A stretch of 63,819 nucleotides of DNA, the filler included, from Octopus bimaculoides (taxonomy: Eukaryota), in NCBI RefSeq assembly GCF_001194135.2. It is 4 parts of 4 records of this genome, joined end to end, with 100 filler letters (N's around TTAATTAATTAA, not from the genome) between each part and the next. Parts side by side here need not be neighbours in the genome. Positions count along the whole stretch, not along the records: positions 1 to 28,717 come from NC_068985.1; 3 more parts are not named here. The stretch is one strand, 5' to 3'. Positions within the stretch are counted from its first letter, which is position 1. Each line of letters opens with the position of its first letter. A program made the position numbers and the translations under genes. This document shows, one piece after another, positions 12,134 to 24,525 of this stretch. The notes below the pieces were generated by a model. It did no database searches and was not told the origin of the DNA. It was given only the letters and a program-made list of their open reading frames with translations.

Positions 12134-12561
12134 TTAGATTTTTCTTTATATTTATTCTTCCTTGGAATTTATCTCAAAGTAATTCAGATTCATTTGCGAG
12201 AGAGTGAGATATGTTGCTCTAAATCCTAATTATACTGAATATCAGAACAGCTTCTGGAAAAAGTAACATTACGAAATCAATGCGTATCTTGTGCATAAAA
12301 CCTACTCCGTTGTTGAAAATATGTAATGATATAAGTTAGGCTATCATCTTTACAGAGCATATTCATTTTCTCTGGTCTTCAGTTCTTGACGTTCCTGTTT
12401 AATTAGACCTCTTCCGTCAAAGTATCCTGTATGGAAACACAACATTTATAAGACAGTTATTATTTGAGTTACTATACGCATCTTTACATGAGAATAACTT
12501 CCATGAAACTTCTCTTCATATTCCAAACACACATCCTTACTAAGCACAGTTTATTGATTTT

Positions 12562-12670
12562 TATCCATGAACACATAATATCCATGAACACATAATATCC
12601 ATGAACACATANNNNNNNNNNTCCATGAACACATAATATCCATGAACACATAATATCCATGAACACATAA
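12562..12670. repeat. 17-bp minisatellite (TATCCATGAACACATAA)n, spans a gap
   Basis: At least five near-perfect units, abutting a SINE head. Confidence 0.9.
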
Positions 12671-12688
12671 TGCGTAATGTATGCGTAT

Positions 12689-12885
12689 GCAGCGAGCTGG
12701 CAAAGTGATTAACACGTTTGCATTTAATTCGTTTTTACGTTCTGAATTCAAATTTCGCCGCTGTCGACTTTGCTTTTCATCCCTTTCGGGGTCAATAAAA
12801 CGTACCAGTTGACCACTGGGAACGATGTCATATATTTACTCCTTCCCACCCAATTGCTGGCCTTGTGTCAAAATGTGAAGCCAAT
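12689..12885 (+). mobile_element. SINE family A (tail type 2)
   Basis: GCAGCGAGCTGGCA head plus central domain. Confidence 0.85.
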
Positions 12886-14726
12886 ATGTATAGTATGCGT
12901 CAGTTATACTTCTCAAGTTGACCGAGTATATTAAAGTTGGTTACTAAAAGATGTTAAAGGAAGAATATTTCTTTTCTATTTAACTTTGGATACCGTTGAA
13001 AGTGAGAATTGTAGTTATAATGTTCGTAGAAGCACAAACTGGTGAAATCGATGTGATTAATGCTTCTCTGGATCTGTTTCAAGTCTATTGTTGCAACGAA
13101 AACATTTGCAGTTCACCAAATAGATATGATCAAGTGACCATTATTGAACACATCTCGTCTGCGCATTCAACATAATAAAGGACTATAACATTAACAAACA
13201 TAATGTTATATTTATAACATTTATCGAATATATTATAGTATTAATTTGCTTATCTTATTCCCTATACATGTATTACCTCAGATTTATTTCCAAGTTTATG
13301 GTTGGAATATTATGCATTTCTGAAGGAAAGGTCTTCATGTGTACTAAATATAAGCAACAAAATCGAGCATTTAATGAAATTATAACCATTTCTATATATG
13401 AAATAATACTGATTATCTCACTTATAGAAACAAAACGATAGCAGACTAATAATTGCAAATATGCTGCTGGTAATTTTGTAATCAACATAGGAATCAATGG
13501 ATGTTGTATTTAAACCTGCTGCGATTTGAACACAAATATGTAATGAAGGTAACTAATGCCTTGCGTCTGGTCAAAGTTATCCCTACTATTCTGCCACAAT
13601 GTCAAATATGATATGTTCCCAATTATGATGATTATATTTTTGTGAGGAAAACTACAATGCAGATGATGACGAGATCAACTAACACTGGATCATTATAAAT
13701 GGCAATATATCATTGTAAATGATTTAGAATATCGATTCTATATTAAACATGTCATCGTCCGTAAAAACAACTTTGCTAGCAACACAGGACTGTTGATTAT
13801 AGAAGAAAAAATGATAACAAATTACTATTTTACATGCAAGAATGATTACGCATTTGATTGAATTGGAATATCTTCATGTCTGTTTGTTTGTGCTAGTGTT
13901 GATTTGTGAGTCAGTTCAGCGCTTAATACGATTCTTCTGATTATTAGTAAAAAGCTCCAAGCTACAATTAAAACCAGTTTTCTTCTTACTTATGTTTTAA
14001 AATGTTTTAAACAGGAAATCACGAGCTACATTGGAATGATATAACGTAGAAGTTATATACATATGTATATATAGTGAAATATAATTATTGAAGAATGTCA
14101 AGTTACAAACGATTTTTATCACAGTCAGCAGTAATTGAATATATTATCAAGTATCTCCATATGAAAGTTCTGTGATATAAACATTGAGAGTATTACTTTA
14201 TTTATAATGATCTATTATATTTTTGAGTAAATACGAAAAGCAATTATGCTCTTCTCACAACCCTCCAACCACAAAGATAGTGAAAAAGCATTAGGAAAGC
14301 ATATGAAGAACATCTCTATGGTTCTGTAACTCGGAATGGCCCGTTATCATTTTCAAATAATTATTAAAACATATCTCTAATTAAAATGCGAATCAGCATT
14401 GTAATTTAATTTTATTTTAATATAGTGCAGCTGAAATGAGCAAGAAAATATTGGATTTAAAAAGCAGCTCGTATATTTTGTGTTCAATTATCCTGTTGAG
14501 TTCCAATGGCTTTTTAAGGAAAACAAGTAAATACATTAATGGGGGGATCTCCGTCAGTTTCGACGATTTGCATTCCGCTGTTCGAAAAAGTGCAAATCTT
14601 GTGTAAACTAAACTATAAACGGCAAAACATTCTGCAAATACATGTCATTAGGACAGAATTCTCAAGTTAGATTAGCGTGAAGTGGATCAAGGCATTATAG
14701 GTAAATTAAATTCAAATTGTGGGTGA

Positions 14727-14736
14727 GAGAGTAAGA

Positions 14737-14789
<53 letters not shown>

Positions 14790-14800
14790 GGGGAGAGAGA
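14727..14800. repeat. (GA)n microsatellite
   Basis: Direct reading. Confidence 0.95.
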
Positions 14801-15117
14801 GGAAGGGCCATATAAAATAAACTGAAGTGGTGACTCATGTATTGAACTGAGATTCTTTCTTGCTCCTCGAATCTATAGGAAACGTAATTTCAATCCCAGC
14901 AGGATTTGAACTTAAAGCAAGGATAACCGTACGAATTAAAGTCAAGCATTATAATGGCGCATATGGGTTAGATGCTAATTCACAGGGCCAATCGATGTAG
15001 TGGAAATAGCTGGAGTTAAAAGTCAATGAATAGGCATATTAGGTATTTTCGGAAGAATAAACACATACGCACACACAAACACCACACACACACCACGAAC
15101 ACACACCACACACAAAC

Positions 15118-15166
<49 letters not shown>

Positions 15167-15293
15167 GTATATTTGCATATATTCGAGAAAATTAATAGGA
15201 AAATGTTTTTGCACGTTAATAATTAAACGTCTACAAAACATTATATGTTTACAAATCGTATCGTGAATCTGCTTTTTCTTCCTGTGATTAGAG

Positions 15294-15430
15294 CATAGAT
15301 TCTCAAAATGGGTGCTACCGCCTCCCGGTGGGCGTTGAGACAGTCAAGATGGGCGCTAGTGCCTAAATGTGTGTCAGAGAAAAAGGAGGCGTTGGGAGGA
15401 AAGCAGTAGGGTGGGGGACGCTATCAATTT
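15294..15430. mobile_element. Possible hAT MITE fragment
   Basis: CATAGATTCTCAAA resembles a Charlie TIR; GC-richer body; no second end found. Confidence 0.35.
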
Positions 15431-15499
15431 ATTATATTATTATGGTATTGTGTACAAATTATATAATATTATATTAATATCAAATGATACCTAGTTTAT

Positions 15500-15760
15500 A
15501 TAAATTAGATTTGTTTCAGGTGGTCCAATACACTCTGAATCGAAACATCAAACCTTGCTCCCAACGCACGCGTAGTTTGAGATGTATCCACTACAGCTTC
15601 CAGCTCATCATTATTCACCTTGGTTTCAAGTCTACCACGGGGCCGATTTTCAAGGGAAAAGTACCCAGACCAGAACTTCTCAAACCGTCGACGAACATGC
15701 TTCGAGCTGTTTAGGATGCATCGGTTCCTCAATGCAACTCATATTCATAACAACACATAT
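15500..15760 (-). mobile_element. Mariner transposase N-terminal HTH fragment
   Basis: RRFEKFWSGYFSLENRPRGRLETKVNNDELEAVV...TTRALGARFDVSIQSVLDHLKQI. Confidence 0.85.
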
Positions 15761-16122
15761 GGGTTAGGCGCGAAATTGCGATGGACTCGCTGGCCAGAGA
15801 TAACTGATAAGAAGATGACGTCCATCTATGTCTGTTTCCCGTTCTTTTGTGCATTTAGTTTTTTTTTTGGGGGGGGGGATTATATACATGCACACACATA
15901 TATATATATACACTCAAATTAGAGAGAAGAATACAGACAGGAGAATAAAGCTCACAGTGCATCAGAGGGTATGGAGGTTGGTCCGTACATTCATGAAATT
16001 ATAGCCGCTTAGGTATAATCCCAGGTAGACCCAGGCAGTGTTTTGGCAGTATTTGGAATGATGTGCTTATCTTGATTAAGTGATTGGTTAGTATGTAAAT
16101 GATCCACGTGGACATACACACA

Positions 16123-16190
<68 letters not shown>

Positions 16191-16413
16191 NNNNNNNNNN
16201 NNNNNNNNNNNNNNNNNNNNNNNNNNNNNNNNNNNNNNNNNNNNNNNNNNNNNNNNNNNNNNNNNNNNNNNNNNNNNNNNNNNNNNNNNNNNNNNNNNNN
16301 NNNNNNNNNNNNNNNNNNNNNNNNNNNNNNNNNNNNNNNNNNNNNNNNNNNNNNNNNNNNNNNNNNNNNNNNNNNNNNNNNNNNNNNNNNNNNNNNNNNN
16401 NNNNNNNNNNNNN

Positions 16414-16445
<32 letters not shown>

Positions 16446-16855
16446 GCATGCATACATACATACATACATTCATACACACATATATATACTTTGGGTATGG
16501 TAGATGAGTTTACCAAAAATTTAGATTCAGATGAATATGGTACTTAAGTTGAGGCACCAGAATTTAGTACGGTATTATCCATACAATTTCAATGTAAGGT
16601 GATTAAAATCAAAATAAGCAACAAGGATATCCGAGTGGATATAAGAGAGAAGAGAAAGAAAGGAATGGGGTAGGTGCGGGAGATAATGAGAGCGAAAGTA
16701 AATTAAAATCAAAAATGAAAAATAACAAATAACAAATAAAAGAATAAAAAAGAGTAAAGATACAGGTAAGATGCCAGTATTATTCTTGGTAAGTGTTGGT
16801 TCCGGATGCGGGGTCAGGCGCTTCCCTGTCTAGAACTTTCATACATACTCATCTT

Positions 16856-16931
16856 GTCTCTGACGACGGAATACCCAGTATGCGGACATGCTAGCCTATC
16901 ACTTGGGATTTCCCAGAAACGGATGTAAGAC
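16856..16931 (+). ncRNA. Type I hammerhead ribozyme motif with extended stem II
   Basis: Stem I GUCU/AGAC; CUGACGA 16860-66; long imperfect stem II (GGAAUACCCAG/CUUGGGAUUUCC); GAAA 16916-19; stem III AC-GGAU-GU; GUA 16925-27. Confidence 0.6.
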
Positions 16932-17021
16932 TTCAATTTCACCTTACCATAATTAAATTATTATTTATGACTTGACTTGAGATACTCGTCCTGCCATGGT
17001 TTTTGTTGTTCTCTATTCTGC

Positions 17022-17092
<71 letters not shown>

Positions 17093-17101
17093 AACACACA
17101 C

Positions 17102-18345
17102 ATTGGGTCATCCCATAAAAAATGCGGTTTTTTCAATTGCATGAACTTCATGCGAGTGGGGGACAGGGGTAAACTACCTGCATCAACTTGCTACAAACGC
17201 AGGTAGTAATTTTACCTTGTCCTTGTACTTAGTGCAAGTTTTGAAGAGTGCAGTTCGATTTTAATAGTTATTTTTTCAAAGCTATAATGGAAGTGGCAAA
17301 GGAGCATATTCAGCATATTTTGCTTTATGAATTCTATAAAGGCAACATCGCAGCGGAAAGTGCGAAGAATATTAATGTAGCATATAAGGATCGGACAATA
17401 CGTGTAAGCCAGTGTCAATGGTGGTTCCAGAAATTTCGAGCCGGAAACCACAGCCAGGAAAACGAACATCTTCCTGCAAGATCTTTAGAGCCATCGTAAC
17501 TGTTGAGGAACTAGCAGAGAGGCTTCGATTTGGTCATTCAACCATTCATCGACTTCTGATTGCCATCGGAAAAAGTCGGCAAATTAGGTCAATAGGTTCC
17601 TCACAAACTATTCGAGTCTAATCGCGCGCAGAGAGTAAATGTCTGTTCTTTGTTGTAATGTCTCACGATTTAACTGTTTTTGGTTCGAATAGTTACTGGT
17701 GACGAGAAATGGGTTCTCTATAAAAATGTGAAGCGACGAAGACAGTGGGTAGGGAAAGATGAAACACCGGCATCCCAGGCTAAGGAAGTCTTCACCCTCG
17801 TAAGGTGTTGTTATCTGCTTGCGGTGATATGAACGGTATAGTCCACTTCGAACTTTTAAACCCAAACCAAACGATAACAAAGGAGATCTACTGCGAGCAG
17901 CATGAGCGGCTTAAGTCAGCGCTAGAAGAAAAACGACCATTTTAGGCTTCAATTTCAAGACGAACGATGTTCAAGATAATGCTCGGCCACACACAGCGAG
18001 GATGACATTCCAAAGGCTGGAGCAGTTTGAATGGGAAACGATGCCCCACCCAGCATATTAGTCGGACATTGCCCCATCTGATTACCATTTATTCCGCAGT
18101 CTTCAAAATCATTTGGACGGGAAAATATGAATTCTGTAGACGAGGTGGGAACATTTCTTGAAGAGTATTTTTCGTCACCGACAAGTGAATATGGGAAAAG
18201 GGGCCTTGCAAGTCTACCAGAGAGATAGACTAGCATTGTAGAAAATGAAGGAGAGCATATTTTAGATAAAAAAAAGAACTTTGTTTATTTTAAATTTGAA
18301 AAATAAAAGAAGTATAAAAAAACCTGCATTATTTATGGGATGNNN
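17102..18345 (+). mobile_element. Near full-length mariner (D,D34D) element, pseudogenised
   Basis: TIRs CATCCCATAAAAAATGCGGTTTTTT and its reverse complement near 18317-42; ATG 17287 (MEVAKEHIQHILLYEF), IVTGDEKWVLY, QDNARPH, AY*SDIAPSDYHLFRSLQNHLDG; stops and frameshifts. Confidence 0.95.
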
Positions 18346-19065
18346 NNNNNNNNNNNNNNNNNNNNNNNNNNNNNNNNGTGTGTGTGTGTGTGTGTGTGTG
18401 GAAAGTGAGACAGAAAGAAAAAAAATGAAAGAAGGCGACGTGTGCCTCCATGTATTTATGCGTTAGGGAGAAGGCCATTATGTTCATATAAATGTTAAAT
18501 GTACGTATTTATGTGTTAATGTTTTACCTCACTTATAAATATTATTGGCAATTATAGAAATAATTATGTTATATACATATCGTTTGAGGGTAAAAATTTT
18601 CAATCACAAAATTACAGATACTGAAATTTGTTTTCTTTATGACAATCTTAAACCATTTAATATAACAATATTAATTATTTAAATCTTACTCGCAGGATTT
18701 CATATTAATATTGTTTTTTACTTAAGGGTAGCATATATGCGTCTTCTATTTCACATTCGCTGACATCCGTATATCTTTATATAGTATCTATTTTAATCTT
18801 CACTTTTCAATTTAGCAATTTTCCTCCCTTTGATACACTGCCGCATGCTCTGCAGTCTGGGTGAGATTTTGTAAATGAGGGCCACTGCACCAATCCTTCT
18901 AGAAATCTCATATGCATACAATGATGCATGCATGCATGCATCCATTCATTCATGCATACATACTTGACACGAAAACCGTTTGTATAAACGAAACGCGTGT
19001 GTGCGTGCGAGCGTGTGTGCTTATCTTTGTGTGTGTGTGCACGTGTGTTTGTACATGTACTAGCG

Positions 19066-19103
<38 letters not shown>

Positions 19104-20502
19104 NNNNNNNNNNNNNNNNNNNNNNNNNNNNNNNNNNNNNNNNNNNNNNNNNNNNNNNNNNNNNNNNNNNNNNNNNNNNNNNNNNNNNNNNNNNNNNNNN
19201 NNNNNNNNNNNNNNNNNNNNNNNNNNNNNNNNNNNNNNNNNNNNNNNNNNNNNNNNNNNNNNNNNNNNNNNNNNNNNNNNNNNNNNNNNNNNNNNNNNNN
19301 NNNNNNNNNNNNNNNNNNNNNNNNNNNNNNNNNNNNNNNNNNNNNNNNNNNNNNNNNNNNNNNNNNNNNNNNNNNNNNNNNNNNNNNNNNNNNNNNNNNN
19401 NNNNNNNNNNNNNNNNNNNNNNNNNNNNNNNNNNNNNNNNNNNNNNNNNNNNNNNNNNNNNNNNNNNNNNNNNNNNNNNNNNNNNNNNNNNNNNNNNNNN
19501 NNNNNNNNNNNNNNNNNNNNNNNNNNNNNNNNNNNNNNNNNNNNNNNNNNNNNNNNNNNNNNNNNNNNNNNNNNNNNNNNNNNNNNNNNNNNNNNNNNNN
19601 NNNNNNNNNNNNNNNNNNNNNNNNNNNNNNNNNNNNNNNNNNNNNNNNNNNNNNNNNNNNNNNNNNNNNNNNNNNNNNNNNNNNNNNNNNNNNNNNNNNN
19701 NNNNNNNNNNNNNNNNNNNNNNNNNNNNNNNNNNNNNNNNNNNNNNNNNNNNNNNNNNNNNNNNNNNNNNNNNNNNNNNNNNNNNNNNNNNNNNNNNNNN
19801 NNNNNNNNNNNNNNNNNNNNNNNNNNNNNNNNNNNNNNNNNNNNNNNNNNNNNNNNNNCCCTTTGATACACTGCCGCATGCTCTGCAGTCTGGGTGAGAT
19901 TTTGTAAATGAGGGCCACTGCACCAATCCTTCTAGAAATCTCATATGCATACAATGATGCATGCATGCATGCATCCATTCATTCATGCATACATACTTGA
20001 CACGAAAACCGTTTGTATAAACGAAACGCGTGTGTGCGTGCGAGCGTGTGTGCTTATCTTTGTGTGTGTGTGCACGTGTGTTTGTACATGTACTAGCGTA
20101 TATATATATATACGTACACAATAATAATGATACTCTTGTGTTTATCTCCAACGCAACATATGAATGAGAAAGGAAAGGGTGATGGCAGACTGGTTGTGGG
20201 ACTGTTTCAACTCTGTGTGAGTATATGTGTGTTCGTGTACAAGGGAAGTATGTGATTGTTTTTATGTATGAATCATCGTTCTTTCAGTAACAAACGATGA
20301 TCGATGTCACATCTCAAAAGACAACCACTAGATAACATTGACAAGTGTATTAATTTGTTTTACCACCCATATTTATATATAAAATACTACAATTAGTCGT
20401 CGTTTTTGACGGTACGGGATCAGCTAGTATATATATATNNNNNNNNNNNNNNNNNNNNNNNNNNNNNNNNNNNNNNNNNNNNNNNNNNNNNNNNNNNNNN
20501 AT

Positions 20503-20625
20503 ATGTTGTTGTACTTGGGGATGGTCATATTGCCAGTTTAGCCAATAAAAACACACGCACTGTATATTTGTGTGTGTTTTTATTGGCTAAACTGGCAATA
20601 TGACCATCCCCAAGTACAACAACAT
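20503..20625. repeat. Perfect 54-bp inverted repeat, 15-nt spacer
   Basis: 20503-20556 is the exact reverse complement of 20572-20625. Confidence 0.95.
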
Positions 20626-21655
20626 CTGTTTCAACACACGATTTCACATAAAAAATCTTGCAAAACAAATATATATATATATATACATACATATATATAT
20701 TGGATACAAAGTTGCAAACCACCATCCCCGATTTCCCTACGTGTATTGTCTACTATGTCATGTTAAAACATTTGACTTATACTTATTATTTCAGTACACT
20801 AATGACCGCAAGCATACATATAAGTTGAATAAGTGTTAGCGGAAACTCTATCGCTTCGTATTCGATTTCATTGCGTGGTTGTTTTCGCAATATCTTTTAC
20901 TATATTTTCATGTCGGTGAACGCCTTGTAAATGAAATCTTATACACATGAAATACGTGGATACCTGTTGTGAAAGCCATTCCTTTAATGTGGGGGTGTTA
21001 ACACTTAATCTATTGTTTGAGTGTTAGCGGAACTTTCTTGCAATCATTCGGTGAATGCCAGGCTTCTAAGGATAATTTTCGCTCTTATTCGCACCAGATT
21101 CAAACATCATCTTCAGACCCTGCCTTTTTAAGTCTCGTGTAGCTATACAAGTTGCATCACAGTTCCTTAGTTGACAAGACTGTTAACTTGTTCGCCGTGT
21201 TATATCATTCAGAAACGACGAAACGATGCCCCGAAAGTATATTTAAAAAAATCAGGATGCAAACAGCAATGTTAAAGCTTGTAAATTCAATGCTAAATAC
21301 TAAATAAATTCCATACATTTATGGCAAATGTGTGCCATAAATGCTTTAAATATGTGTACGAGAAGGAAGTCTACATTCCCTACTCACTGGAACGAGAACG
21401 TTTTAACTCATTGGAAAGAAAAAGGTATTTCAAAATACCTGCCGCCATTTTTTAAAAGAGTGGGAAGATACTTTGCAACATGTAGCCATAGATAAATGTA
21501 AATCACATTACAGAAACACCAAGACTGCAAACGCAAACAATCAGAGTTGAGCTAAATGTAAATGCCATTATTAAAAAAGGGTTTTGCAAAAGTAAAGATG
21601 TAATACCAACCGGATTTGAGTTTGACGTGCATAGACGGTCAAAACTTACTTTTGG

Positions 21656-21739
21656 AACACATTTGAATTTTCTTATAACATAACGTATCTGTCATGCCAT
21701 TTTCTGCCATGTTATGTTATAAGAAAATTCAAATGTGTT
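21656..21739. repeat. Perfect 29-bp inverted repeat, 26-nt spacer
   Basis: AACACATTTGAATTTTCTTATAACATAAC and its reverse complement at 21711-21739. Confidence 0.95.
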
Positions 21740-23200
21740 GAACAAATCTATTGCTTTTATGTCACAGTAATTATAAAGATATTAAAGAGTTTTGTGTCTA
21801 AAACCAAAGATGAAGCTAAAATGAAAATAAAAGTAGCAAATTCATATATTAATAATATGATGAGCATTAAGCTTTAAAATGAATGGATCCCTTGGGAGTG
21901 AGTTGTGTACTGACAAACGGGGAAAACAAATGGTAAAATGTATACTGATTATGTTTAAAATGTAAAAAAACTTTCAATGCCTGATTTGCCCATGTTTCAT
22001 CATTGCAAACGACGGTTCAAGTTATTTCATGACTCTTTTATTGAAACAACATTGGACTTTCCAACATAAATATTTAATGCTGCAAGTCTTTTGCTTTTAT
22101 GAAGGCTAGTTAGAAATATTTGCCATCCAAAATCTGCTGTATATTTTTTTTAATGCACCTAATATGGCATTAAAAAAGGAAGTGTTTACTATATTGCGTT
22201 TTGGTTCAGATATTAAAATGAACGTTTCAGATGAGGCGATGCACAAAATCGATTAAATCGATCCCTGTGCTTGACTAGATGTTATATTTTTGACCAATGA
22301 ATGAGAAAATGCTTAGATGTATGGGAATTTCAAAAGAACATGAAATGAACATAACTGAATACTGTAAAGTATTTTTCCGGATCTATCGTTTTGTTACCTT
22401 TATATATAACTCGTGTGAAATGAATGAAAATAAGCAAGAAATGGAAATTTTTACCTGGTACTTATGCGTGTTATAACAAAGAAATACATTCTCTACAAGT
22501 GGTAGCATACCTTCATAATAAATTATCAAGAAAAACGTCTGCTACTATTAATGATATAATGACTCATAAGTAGGAGAAATATCTTTTTATCATTCTCATA
22601 GTGTGACATACTATTTCAGTATTAAGTACCATTTCTTCTTCGGATTTTCAGTTTCGTTTCTGTTACGACATATAACTTGCTGCATTTTTCTACAATATGC
22701 TGCAGTCATTTACGAAGCTCAATTTCTCATTGCAAAATCAAGCAACCTAAACGATGTGTCTGATAATGTACGATAGTTACATGGTTGCTTATTGATGTTA
22801 CGATTTTCTGTATTGGGGTATTTTTTGTAGATTACTGCCAGGCTAGTTCTAATGAAGCAAGATTATCGTCGGAAAATTTCACGCAATGACAAGCTTGTGC
22901 TTTGATATATAAGGACTACATTATCCGAAGCACCAATTCTTTATAAAATGGTTGGTTATGATTTGAGAAAAAATTGGCTCATATTCCAACAAGTCGTATA
23001 GCCACTTACAGGCTCAATCCCCAAGAATAATACGAAAGTGTTAGAAAGAACGTAGCATTTTATCAGTCGTACAGGGTTTGCATATAATATTTACTACAAT
23101 CATTTAAATGTTTCCAAATGTTTCCATTTGAATTGTTTGCATTATTTATTATTTCTCTTTGTGCTTATTCCTTTCAGGCCTTGTGACTATAATAGAAACC

Positions 23201-23201
23201 A

Positions 23202-23232
<31 letters not shown>

Positions 23233-23263
23233 AATTATTATTATTATTGTTATTATTATTATT
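23201..23263. repeat. (TTA)n microsatellite at the 3' end of the R4-like element
   Basis: Direct reading. Confidence 0.95.
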
Positions 23264-23940
23264 AGGATTATTGCGTTTGCACAGCTTCTAACGCTAGAGA
23301 TCTACTAGTGTCAGCTGTTCACTACCAGTGAACTATGGTAATACCTCTTATTTTTCGAGTACCTTCCAGAGTATTCGAGCAGTTCGAAGCAGTGCTGTTT
23401 TCCACCATTATTGCAGCCCCTATCTGTTCCACGTACTTCTCGAGATTTTTGCTCACTTTTCCCAGGGCTCCGACAATTATTGGTACTACTGCTACGTTTT
23501 TCATCGACCACAACTGCTTAACTTCCCAAGCTAACCTGTCATATCTCTCGACTTTTCTTTCTTCCTTATTGCACACCTTGTTGCCAGTTGGGCATGCTAT
23601 GTCTATGATCCAGCATTGTTTGTTTTCTTTCTCAACTAAGACTATGTCTGGCTTCTTATTCTCTATCTTATGGTCGCACTGAATCATAAAATCCCATAGG
23701 ATCTTTGCATTATCATTTTCGACGTTGCCTTCAGGTTTGTGGTCGTACCAATTCTTTGCTCTGTTAAGTCCATACTTGTTGCAGAGTGTCCAATGGAAAA
23801 GCCTGGCTATATTGTCGTGGCGTCTCTTATATTCCTTATCACGTACCTTGTTGTCAGTTGGGCATGGTATATCTATGACCCAGCTTAGTTTGCTTTCTTT
23901 CTCAATTAAAGCTATGTCTGGTTTCCTATTCTCTATCACA
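23264..23940 (-). mobile_element. R4/Dong-like non-LTR retrotransposon 3' fragment (RLE PD-(D/E)xK endonuclease)
   Basis: RRHDNIARLFHW...WYDHKPE...ILWDFMIQCD...KPDIVLV...IIDIACP...KVERY...VVPIIVGALG; TALLRTARIL in a shifted frame; 3' UTR runs into (TAA)n. Confidence 0.9.
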
Positions 23941-24378
23941 TTTTGCTGTCTTGTTCTCACTGTCCTGTTCTTGTTATCACTTTCACCCTCCGCAAAAAGG
24001 CCCAAATTTGATTTAATTTGGTTTACGCGAAGGACTGTTTCAACGAAGTCACGTATTGTCCTTACCTTCGAAACGCTGAGTAGATGAAACAGGGACAACT
24101 GGCGAAGGGATATACCCTTTATGTTGCATGTCTCGTTTCTCTGTTTGTTTTTTCGTTGTTCGAAAGAAAGTTCGTTTCGTATGTCTTCGTTTTTATGTTT
24201 TCGTTTCTCATTGTGTTTACCGTATTTTGATGTCCTGTACTCATATTTGCATGCATATATACATATATATGTAGGCATGTACATATATGTATGTATATAT
24301 GTATATATTTCTATATCTTTAAATATTTTTTTAAATATTATCATATGATCGAACGCATCCTTTTCCAANNNNNNNNNN

Positions 24379-24451
24379 AGATAGATAGATTGATAGATAG
24401 ATAGACGGACAGGCAGTCAGACAGACAGGCATATAGATAGATAGATTTATT

Positions 24452-24508
<57 letters not shown>

Positions 24509-24525
24509 ATAGGTAGATAGATAGA
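24379..24525. repeat. (GATA)n microsatellite
   Basis: Direct reading. Confidence 0.95.

Noticed and set aside
12562-12670. 17-bp tandem array as a CRISPR-like locus
   Set aside because: No spacers; eukaryotic minisatellite.
18826-20113. Exact 255-bp duplication (18826-19080 = 19859-20113) across a gap
   Set aside because: Identical copies flanking an N gap next to (TA)n indicate unmerged contig overlap.
15999-20151. Long ORFs of 130-360 aa in the ORF track
   Set aside because: They are made of N runs and dinucleotide repeats.
23322-24368. 348-aa ORF as a gene
   Set aside because: The N-terminal half is microsatellite and repeat read-through; only the RLE part is meaningful, and its true C-terminus is frameshifted.
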